Source: Octopus sinensis (lineage: Eukaryota). From it: 9,262 nt of DNA. The notes under the pieces are model-generated. The model made no database searches. It was not told the DNA's origin and saw only the letters and a program-made list of their open reading frames with translations. Location of the stretch: NCBI RefSeq assembly GCF_006345805.1, contig NW_021828007.1, positions 1 to 9,262 of the forward strand, written 5' to 3'. The position numbers and the translations under genes are program-made. Positions 1 to 7,983 of the stretch are shown in pieces. Within the stretch, counting starts at the first letter, position 1. The number at the start of each line of letters is the position of its first letter.

Positions 1-200
1 GTGGTAATAAAGAAATAAGTATTTTTTCTGCCTTAAGTTCTGAGTTCAAAATTCGCCGAGGTCGACTTTGCCTTTCATCCTTTCGGGGTCGATAAATTAA
101 GTACCAGTTACGCACTGGGTCGATGTAATCGACTTAATCCGTTTGTCTGTCCTTGTTTGTCCCCTCTGTGTTTAGCCCCTTGTGGGCAGTAAGGAAATAG
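1..200 (+). mobile_element. SINE body/3' part, lacking its 5' head in this window
   Basis: Recognised SINE-type body (gttctgagttcaaa...gaggtcgactttgcctttcatcctttcggggtcgataaattaagtaccag...). The window start gtggtaataaagaaataag resembles the unit end gtgggcagtaaggaaatag (182-200), suggesting a tandemly repeated 3' unit. The family is not assignable without a search. Confidence 0.7.
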
Positions 201-211
201 ACTGTAGAATT

Positions 212-481
212 GACCTGAAGCACAGCCCCTCTTGGACACAAGCCCGCTACATCACATCACACTTTGAGGGCTATGGGTTTGCGATCCAGGAACAGGAGAT
301 TGAAACAAAGTCCCTGGTGAACAAGAGAGACAGTGACCTCTTGTAACCCCAAGGTGCAACCGCATGTGTAGGCTATGTCATGTTTCTATAGAAGACATCA
401 CGCATGTGATTAGCAGCTGTCCTAAAATGTCGTCCCGATACTACCTCCCTATGCAGCACAATGTTGTCGCTAAAACAATTT

Positions 482-483
<2 letters not shown>
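212..483 (+). pseudogene. RLE-type non-LTR retrotransposon (R4/Dong-like) ORF remnant, part 1: post-RT region and CCHC zinc knuckle
   Basis: Manual translation from 212 gives DLKHSPSWTQARYITSHFEGYGFAIQEQEIETKSLVNKRDSDLL*. After a frameshift near 343 it reads VTPRCNRMCRLCHVSIEDITHVISSCPKMSSRYYLPMQHNVVAKTI*. The CxxC-x7-H-x4-C knuckle followed by an (R/Q)HN motif is the established signature upstream of restriction-like endonucleases. Confidence 0.9.
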
Positions 484-484
<1 letters not shown>

Positions 485-514
<30 letters not shown>

Positions 515-751
515 GTTTAACATCCGTTTTCCATGCTAGCATGGGTTGGACAGTTCGACCGGGGTCTGGGAAGCCCGAAGGCTGCACCAGGCTCAAGTCC
601 GATCTGGCAGTGTTTCTACAGCTGGATGCCCTTCCTAACGCCAACCACTCCAAGGGTGTAGTGGGTGCTTTTTACGTGCCGCCGGCAAAGGTGCCAGACG
701 AGGCTGGCAAACAGCCACGATCGGATGGTGCTTTTTACGTGCCACCAGCAC
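485..751 (-). mobile_element. 5'-truncated retroposon with (GAT)n tail, copy 1
   Basis: (ATC)n at 485-514 is followed by sequence clearly homologous to 8725-8960, including the start of the 63-bp internal repeat (acgtgcc at 674 and 737). It interrupts the RLE ORF between KTI and IRKK. Confidence 0.85.
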
Positions 752-846
752 ATCCGCAAAAAAAGTCTGTCCTGATATAAACTTAGAAAATCCCTCTGTT
801 CTGGAATACATTCATAAACACCAACTCAAGGAATACTGGTAGAATG
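752..846 (+). pseudogene. RLE-type retrotransposon ORF remnant, part 2
   Basis: Reads IRKK, then after a +1 frameshift in the A7 run VCPDINLENPSVLEYIHKHQLKEYW*N. TAG at 840-842 is read as a mutated TGG of a WWN motif. It continues in the same frame at 2113 (PIKT...). Confidence 0.75.
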
Positions 847-986
847 CACGGATGCAGCACGGATTTTTGTCAGTGAACAGGTCGCGGTCTCAAAGCGACG
901 AAAATATTTTGACAAATTAAACTTAAATGTTGAAGTGAATCTAAAGGTTTTTGTGTGTTTCTTAAATGGCTTATAAACACCTTCCA
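846..986 (+). mobile_element. Hammerhead-bearing short non-coding repeat (Penelope/retrozyme-like), copy A, 3'-truncated
   Basis: 861-986 is nearly identical to 1371-1496 (offset 510). It contains the hammerhead fold at 866-916 and breaks off into (TA)n after ccttcca. Confidence 0.75.
866..916 (+). ncRNA. Candidate minimal type I hammerhead ribozyme, G3-C8 core variant (copy A)
   Basis: Stem I UUUGUCA(866-872)/UGACAAA(910-916); core GUGAACA(873-879); extra G880; stem II GUCGC(881-885)/GCGAC(895-899); GAAA(900-903); palindromic short stem III AAUAUU(903-908); U17=909. Predicted cut at 909/910. Confidence 0.7.
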
Positions 987-1366
987 ATATATATATTATA
1001 TAAAGAGAGAGAGAGAGGAGCGTGCATATATACATATATATACATTCATACACACACACACCACATATATATATATATTATACACAAACACACACATGCA
1101 CACGAACGGGTATATATACGAAGACACATACATATATATATATATATATATACATATACACATACACACACATATATATATACATATACACGCACATATA
1201 TATATATTATACACACGAACGGTCATATATACGAAGACACACACACACACACATATACATACATATATGTATATATACATATACGTACATTACTGCATAT
1301 ACTCTGACAAGTTGCGGTGCACCTGAGCAGTGTATACAATAATTTCATTATATATATATATATATA
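987..1366. repeat. Compound TA/CA/GA microsatellite region with a duplicated 29-bp motif and a unique block
   Basis: acacgaacgg(gt/tc)atatatacgaagacaca occurs at 1100-1128 and 1213-1241 (27/29 identical). A non-microsatellite block at 1286-1350 probably belongs to another interspersed repeat. Confidence 0.75.
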
Positions 1367-1568
1367 GCATGGATTTTTGTCAGTGAACAGGTCGCGGTCT
1401 CAAAGCGACGAAAATATTTTGACAAATTAAACTTAAATGTTGAAGTGAATCGAACGGCTTTTGTGTGTTTCTTAAATGGTTTACAAACACCTTCCACGCT
1501 GCAATTGCTTTCGTTCCAGGACATGATCTCAGATCAAATCACTTGCTATGCAAGTACATCTCTGTAAT
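1367..1568 (+). mobile_element. Hammerhead-bearing short non-coding repeat, copy B (about 200 bp, most complete)
   Basis: Homologous to 857-986 and to 1969-2113. Ends ...gcaagtacatctctgtaat. Confidence 0.8.
1376..1426 (+). ncRNA. Candidate minimal type I hammerhead ribozyme, G3-C8 core variant (copy B)
   Basis: Identical in sequence to 866-916: core 1383-1389, stem II 1391-1409, GAAA 1410-1413. Predicted cut at 1419/1420. Confidence 0.7.
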
Positions 1569-1969
1569 GTGGCTGTGTGGTAAGTTGCTTGCTAACCAAC
1601 CACATGGTTCTGGGTTCAGTCCCACTGCGTGGCATCTTGGGCAAGTGTTTTCTGCTATAGCCCCGGGCCGACCAATGCCTTGTGAGTGGATTTGGTAGAC
1701 GGAACTGAAAGAAGCCTGTCGTATATATGTATATATATGTATATGTATGTGTGTGTTTGTGTGTCTGTGTTTGTCCCCCTAGCATTGCTTGACAACCGAT
1801 GCTGGTGTGTTTACGTCCCCGTCACTTAGCGGTTCGGAAAAAAAGAGACTGATAGAATAAGTACTGGGCTTACAAAAGAATAAGTCCCGGGGTTGATTTG
1901 CTCGACTAAAGGCGGTGCTCCATCATGGCCGCAGTCAAATGACTGAAACAAGTAAAAGAGTAAAGAGTA
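1569..1969 (+). mobile_element. tRNA-derived CORE-like SINE, near full length
   Basis: A box tggctgtgtgg, B box ggttcagtccc, CORE-like tggcatcttgggcaagtg, internal (TA)/(TG)n and tail agtaaaagagtaaagagta. Homologous to 6460-6899 and to the reverse complement of 7589-7981. Confidence 0.9.
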
Positions 1970-2113
1970 AATTAAACTTAAATGTTGAAGTGAATCGAAC
2001 GGTTTTTGTGTGTTTCTTAAATGGCTTACAAACACCTTCCACACTGCAATTGTTTTCGTTCCAGCACACGATCTCAGATCAAATCACTCGCTATGCAAGT
2101 ACATCTCCGTAAT
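1969..2113 (+). mobile_element. Hammerhead-family repeat, copy C (lacks the ribozyme)
   Basis: 145 bp matching 1424-1568 with about 8 substitutions. It starts 4 nt downstream of the position equivalent to the predicted cleavage site. Confidence 0.85.
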
Positions 2114-2530
2114 TCCCATCAAAACTTCTGTCAAATGTAAGACTAACAGGCCAGATATTGTTGTTTGGGACAGAGGGGCAAAGGTATACACCATTACAGA
2201 AGTCAGCGACCTGGCAGGTATAAATATCTCTTTAAAAAGAGGTTATCTTTGAACAATTGCTTCGAAAACTCCAGACTATGAATTCATATTCATATCAATA
2301 ATAATTGGAGCACTAGGCTTTTTTTAGTAAATGCTTAAAGGAGAATCTGGATAAACTGGGATTTTCAGAAAGAGAAATTGACCGGCTGATTTGTACATTA
2401 CAAGTGCAGTCTGTGAGTGGAATAGTTAAAATATGCAAGACTTTTCTTAAGTTCATTTATATATATATGAGCATGTTTAGACACGTAATGATATGCATGA
2501 GAATACTTACTTAAAACATACAAATCTGTA
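2113..2530 (+). pseudogene. RLE-type retrotransposon remnant, part 3: PD-(D/E)xK-type endonuclease, C-terminus and 3' UTR
   Basis: Reads PIKTSVKCKTNRPDIVVWDRGAKVYTITEVSDLAGINISLK. With deletions and frameshifts it continues EQLLRKLQ / PDYEFIFISIIIGALG / KCLKENLDKLGFSEREIDRLICTLQVQSVSGIVKICKTFLKF. A short UTR runs into (TACA)n. Confidence 0.9.
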
Positions 2531-3055
2531 CATACATACATACATACGTAACAACCTCATTGCGTGTCTGTGTGTCACTGAAGCCATTCATACATACATA
2601 CATACATACATAATACATACATACATACATACATACATACAAACATTCATACATACATACAAACATACATACATTCAAACATATATACAAACATACATAC
2701 AATCATACCTACATACATACATACATGTATGCATACATACATACCTACATACATACATACAAACATACATACATACATACATACATACAATCACACATAC
2801 ATACGTACAATCATACATACATATATTTATACATACATACATGCATGCATACATACATACATACATAAATACACACATACATACATACACAAACAACATA
2901 CATACATACATACATACATACATACATACATACCTACATACATACATACATACATACATACATACGTACAAACATACATATCTACATACATACATACTTT
3001 AATACATACACACATACATACATACATACATACATACATACATACATGCACATAC

Positions 3056-3086
<31 letters not shown>

Positions 3087-3218
3087 CATACACATACATA
3101 CATACATACATACATACACACATACATTCATACATACATATATACATACATACAATCATACATACGTACAATCATACATACATACGTACATACATACATA
3201 CATACATACATACATACA
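2531..3218. repeat. Imperfect (TACA)n microsatellite array
   Basis: Directly visible; interrupted by a ~43-bp unique island at 2548-2590. Confidence 0.97.
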
Positions 3219-3520
3219 TGAAGATCACCGAAAAAGAGAACACGTATGCTGAACTATTGAGAAATCTGCAGGTACTTTATCCAGATTACAAGTTCGGGTT
3301 TATACCTGTAAATTATTGGGGCCCTAAGGTATGCGACACACTGCCTAAATACCAATGTTGAGAAATTAGGCTTCTCAAAATCAGAAATGGGAAAGCTAGA
3401 TCCAGGCCCTCACTGGAACTTTAAAAAGCTTATCATTTAAGTTTATACGAGCGTGTCTGGGCATGTAAGTATATACACGAGAATGCATACATAAAAATAA
3501 AATATACAAACCTGCACACA
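3219..3520 (+). pseudogene. 5'-truncated 3' end of RLE-type retrotransposon (second copy) with internal inversion
   Basis: Reads KITEKENTYAELLRNLQVLYPDYKFGFIPV, then after a frameshift HCLNTNVEKLGFSKSEMGKL. The UTR is homologous to 2455-2530 and 3855-3930. Confidence 0.9.
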
Positions 3521-3572
3521 TACATACACACATATATACATACATGAATACATACATAGATACATACATACA

Positions 3573-3930
3573 ATTAGCTGCCCAGCGGATGTTAAAATAA
3601 AGCTGAAGGTCAGTGAAAAAGAGAACACCTACGCTGAACTATTGAGAAAGCGGCAGTTACTCCGTCCAGATTACAAGTTCAAGCTTATACCTGTAATTAT
3701 TGGGGCAACAAGGTATGTAACGCGCTGCCTAAATACCAATCTTCAGAAATTAGGATTCTGAAAACCAGAATGGAGAAAGCTAATTCGAAGGATTACAGAT
3801 ACGAGGCATCAATGGAATGGTAAAGATCTGTAAGATTTTCTAAAAGTTTAGCGTTTAAGTATATATGAGCATGTCTAGATATGTGGCTATATGAATGAGA
3901 ATACATACATAAAACATACAAATCTGCACA
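3573..3930 (+). pseudogene. 5'-truncated 3' end of RLE-type retrotransposon (third copy)
   Basis: Reads ISCPADVKIKLKVSEKENTYAELLRKRQLLRPDYKFKLIPVIIGATRYVTRCLNTNLQKLGF*KPEWRKLIRR, then after a frameshift LQIRGINGMVKICKIF*KF. The UTR is followed by (TACA)n. Confidence 0.9.
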
Positions 3931-4034
3931 CACATACATAAATACATACATACATGCTTGCATACTTATATATATATACATACATGCATACATACGTACA
4001 TACATACATATGTACATATGTACATACATACATA

Positions 4035-4136
4035 CCCTGTTGTTGATGTTGAAATTCCAATGAAAGGGCCTTGGATCTAGGTTAGAAACCGGTTCTTTCC
4101 TTTTTGGCAAGAAACCTTGAAATAAACTGAATAATG

Positions 4137-4137
<1 letters not shown>
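4035..4137 (+). mobile_element. Probable terminal 3'-UTR block of the RLE element
   Basis: About 100 bp of unique sequence flanked by TACA tracts, ~100 bp downstream of the third copy. Bases 4049-4080 recur inverted inside the second copy (3396-3424). aataaa occurs near 4120. Confidence 0.6.
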
Positions 4138-4168
<31 letters not shown>

Positions 4169-4893
4169 GTATATTAATACATACTTATAATCATATATAC
4201 ATACATACATATATACATACATGCATACATACATACATACAATAATACATACATACGTACATACATATGTACATATATCTACATACATACATATATACAT
4301 ACATACATATGTACATTTATACATACATACAAACATACATACATACATATGTACATATATATATACATACATACATATATACATACATACATACATACAT
4401 ATATACATACATACATACATACATACATACATACATACATACATACAAACATACATACGTATATATATTAATACATACATACATACACACATACATACAT
4501 TCATACATACATACATACATACATACCTACATACAAACATACATACATACATACATACATACATACACACATACACACACACACATACATAATACAAACA
4601 TACATACATACATACATACAAACATACATACATACATACATACATGCATACATACATACAAACATACATACATACATACATAATACATACATACATACAT
4701 ACATACATACATACATACATACATACAAACATGCATACATATATTACATATATACCCACAACATACATACATACATTACATACATACAAACATACATACA
4801 TATATACATACATACACACATACACACACACATACATACAAACATACATAAATACATATAATCATATATACATACATACATACATATATATAT
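4138..4893. repeat. Imperfect (TACA)n/(TA)n microsatellite array
   Basis: Directly visible. Confidence 0.97.
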
Positions 4894-4926
4894 TCATGAT
4901 GGTTGCTGAATTTTCATAAACGATTG

Positions 4927-4961
4927 CTCTCTCTCTCTCTCTCTCCCGCTCACACTCTCTC
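4927..4961. repeat. (CT)n microsatellite
   Basis: ctctctctctctctctctcccgctcacactctctct. Confidence 0.85.
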
Positions 4962-5194
4962 TGACTTTCATGGTTTTCGATTGCATTTCTGTCATTCCAT
5001 TCGTGACCTCTCAGCTGACTTTGTAATTCTCTTAACTGTTTGCATGTTTCGTAAGCATAGTTAACGAATGCAACTCGTCACTCCCTCCACATTGATCGGA
5101 ACACTTTGTGAAATATGACCCCTAAGAACTGCTATACGTCTCTCACACCCCAAATCAATTCACATGCCCTTTCAGTTACATCACAATTTGAATC

Positions 5195-5765
5195 GTGGAG
5201 GCGCAATGGCCCAGTGGTTAGGGCAGCGGACTCGCGGTCATAGGATCGCGGTTTCGATTTTCGGACCGGGCGTTGTGAGTGTTTATTGAGCGAAAACACC
5301 TAAAAGCTCCACGAGGCTCCGGCAGTGGCTGGTGGTGATCCCTGCTGTACTCTTTCACCACAACTTTCTCTCACTCTTACTTCCTGTTTCTGTTGTACCT
5401 GTATTTCAAGGGGCCGGCCTTGTCACTCTCTGTGTCATGCTGAATATCCCCGAGAACTACATTAAGGGTGCACGTGTCTGTGGAGTGCTCAGCCACTTAC
5501 ACGTTAATTTCACGAGCAGGCTGTTCCGTTGATTTGGATCAACCGGAACCCTCATCGTCGTAAAGGACGGAGTGCTTCCATCCATTTCAAGGGGCCGGCC
5601 TTGTCACTCTCTGTGTCACGCTGAATATCCCCGAGAACTACGTTAAGGGTGCACGTGTCTGTGGAGTGCTCAGCCACTTACACGTTAATTTCACGAGCAG
5701 GCTGTTCCGTTGATTCGGATCAACCGGAACCCTCATCGTCGTAACTGACGGAGTGCTTCCAAGTG
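5195..5765 (+). mobile_element. tRNA-derived SINE (second family) with 10-bp TSD and duplicated 3' domain
   Basis: A box tggcccagtgg (5207-5217); degenerate B box ggtttcgattttc (5250-5262); TSD aatttgaatc at 5185-5194 and 5766-5775; 3' region 5403-5580 repeated at 5584-5760. Confidence 0.93.
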
Positions 5766-5890
5766 AATTTGAATCACGCAGCCTAGGAGGAGCGACATGC
5801 ATGCACAGATATACATGTCATTGCTATTATGTTAAACTGTCGGATGTCCAAATTTGGTCAAATGTGTTTTCCTCTATATTTATTTTTGCT

Positions 5891-5917
5891 TAAGGCGGCA
5901 AGCTGGCAGAAACGCTA
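5891..5917 (+). mobile_element. Short 5' head fragment of a SINE
   Basis: taaggcggcaagctggcagaaacgcta has a tRNA-like A-box head, which I recall as the start of the family seen at 1-200. Only 27 bp are present before (TACA)n. Confidence 0.45.
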
Positions 5918-5926
5918 CATTCAAAC

Positions 5927-5957
<31 letters not shown>

Positions 5958-6441
5958 CATGCATACATACATACCTTCATACATGCATGCATGCATACAT
6001 ACATACAAACATACAACCATACACACATACATACATGCATACATGCATACATACATACATACGTACATACACATATACACACATACATACATGCATACAT
6101 ACATACATACATACATACATACATACATACAAACATACAAACATACAACCATACATACATACATACATACATACAAACGTACATACAAAGATACATACAA
6201 ATATACATACATGCATACATACATACATACATACATACATTCATACATGCACACATACATACATACATGGATGCATGCATACATACATACGTACATACAC
6301 ACATACATACATACAAACATACATACATACATTACGTTACATACATACATACATACATACATGCATACATACATGCATACATATATACATACATACATAT
6401 ATACATATATACATATATACATACATACATATATACATACA
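5918..6441. repeat. Imperfect (TACA)n array with CATG/CGTA variants
   Basis: Directly visible. Confidence 0.97.
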
Positions 6442-6623
6442 TAGGCACAGGAGTGGCTATAGGCGCAGGAGTGGCTGTGTGGTAAGTAGCTTGCTTACCA
6501 ACCACATGGTTCCGGGTTCAGTCCCACTGCGTGGCATCTTGGGCAAGTGTCTTCTACTATAGCCCCAGGCCGACCAATGCCTTGTGAGTGGACTTGGTTG
6601 ACGGAAACTGAAAGAAGCCTGTC

Positions 6624-6696
<73 letters not shown>

Positions 6697-6899
6697 TGTG
6701 TTTGTCCACCTAGCATTGCTTGACAACCGATGCTGGTGTGTTTATGTCCCAGTTACTTAGCAGTTCGGCAAAAGAGACCGATAGAATAAGTACTGGGCTT
6801 ACAAAAAGAACAAGTCCCGGGGTCGATTTGCTTGATTAAAGGCGGTGCTCCAGCATGGCCACAGTCAAATGACTGAAACAAGTAAAAGAGTAAAGAGTA
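6442..6899 (+). mobile_element. Full-length tRNA-derived CORE-like SINE with 18-bp 5' duplication
   Basis: taggcacaggagtggcta (6442-6459) precedes taggcgcaggagtggctg (6460-6477); B box 6515-6525; internal (TA)n(TG)n 6624-6695; tail agtaaaagagtaaagagta. Confidence 0.93.
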
Positions 6900-6930
6900 T
6901 ATATATCTCTTTTATATATATATACATATA

Positions 6931-7097
6931 TACGACGGGCTTCTTTCAGTTTCCGTCTACCAAATCCACTCACAAGGCTTTGGTCGGCCCAAGGCTATAG
7001 TAGAAGACACTTGCTCAAGGTGCCATGCAGTGGGACTGAACCCGGAACCATGTGGTTGGTAAGCAAGCTACTTAACACACAGCCACTCCTGTGCCTA
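6931..7097 (-). mobile_element. CORE-like SINE, head-only copy 1
   Basis: Reverse complement matches 6460-6625 and ends at the internal (TA)n. Confidence 0.92.
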
Positions 7098-7113
7098 TAT
7101 ATATACACATATA

Positions 7114-7280
7114 TACGACGGGCTTCTTTCAGTTTCCGTCTACCAAGTCCACTCACAAGGCTTTGGTCGGCCCAAGGCTATAGTAGAAGACACTTTCCCA
7201 AGGTGCCACGCAGTGGGACTGAACCCGGAACCGTGCGGTTGGTAGACAAGCTACTTACCACACAGCCACTCCTGCGCCTA
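7114..7280 (-). mobile_element. CORE-like SINE, head-only copy 2
   Basis: Tandem with 6931-7097 (period 183) with the same end points. Confidence 0.92.
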
Positions 7281-7450
7281 TATATATATTTGTCATACAT
7301 GTGTGATACATAAACTGTTCGGAATAATAAATCTATGAGCAATCATTCTTATCTAAGGACACTGCTTCTTATCGTCAACGTGATGAATGCTAACAGACCC
7401 AATTAGATAGTGTTGGCTGTTATCAGTAAATTAGTGCAGACAACCCCATG

Positions 7451-7560
7451 TCTGTATGGCTTAGAAGCTTGTCTTTGCAAGCTTGTAGTTCTGAAGTTTG
7501 TGGGATCAGTTCCCCTGCATGTCAAGTTGTTTGGTGAGTGGATTTCGTAGACGGTAACTT
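7451..7560 (+). mobile_element. Old degenerate SINE head related to the CORE-like family
   Basis: gtgagtggatttcgtagacggtaact (7535-7560) matches gtgagtggatttggtagacggaaact of the family. Upstream agaagcttg and ggatcagttcccctgcatg resemble the decayed tRNA head. Confidence 0.55.
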
Positions 7561-7588
7561 TGTGCATATATATATATATATATATATA

Positions 7589-7981
7589 CTCTTTTACTAT
7601 TTACTTGTTTCAGTCATTTGACTGCGGCCATGCTGGAGCACCGCCTTTAGTCGAGCAAATCAACCCCGGGACTTATTCTTTGTAAGCCCAGTACTTATTC
7701 TATTGATCTCTTTTGCCGAACCGCTAAGTGACGGGGACGTAAACACACCAGCATCGGTTGTCAAGCAATGCTAGAGGGACAAACACAAACACATACACAC
7801 ACACACATATATATATATATATAATACATATATACGACAGGCTTCTTTCAGTTTCCGTCTACCAAATCCACTCACAAGGCATTGGTCGGCCCGGGGCTAT
7901 AGCAGAAGACACTTGCCCAAGATGCCACGCAGTGGGACTGAACCCGGAACCATGTGGTTGGTTAGCAAGCTACTTACCACA
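7589..7981 (-). mobile_element. CORE-like SINE, near full length, slightly 5'-truncated
   Basis: Reverse complement aligns with 1575-1969 and shares its diagnostic variants (gctaaccaacc, ctgctatagccccggg, cgactaaagg). Flanked by TA runs. Confidence 0.93.
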
Positions 7982-7983
7982 TA

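Noticed and set aside
1303-1350. ctgacaag resembling a hammerhead CUGANGA core
   Set aside because: C3 faces A8, there is no GAAA after a stem II, and no convincing stem I was found.
848-2110. Terminal inverted repeat acgga/tccgt suggesting a DNA transposon
   Set aside because: Only 5 bp with no typical TSD; better explained by chance or by the seam hairpin of the monomer.
5014-5050. Possible micro-exon (ctctcag acceptor, gtaag donor, upstream CT tract)
   Set aside because: Only one short open frame with no recognisable protein; such splice-like words are expected by chance.
5195-5275. tRNA gene
   Set aside because: A and B boxes are present, but there is no complete cloverleaf and it continues into a SINE body bounded by a TSD.
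955-6562. Many long ORFs rich in H/T/Y/I or M/Y/V/C (e.g. 4082-4849, 5829-6485, 2493-3002)
   Set aside because: They are translations of stop-free (TACA)n/(TA)n/(CA)n microsatellites. Only the tail of ORF 2729-3361 (from 3219) is meaningful, as retrotransposon remnant.
7281-7450. Unique AT-rich stretch as a possible exon
   Set aside because: Stops occur in the + frames examined, with no recognisable motif on either strand.
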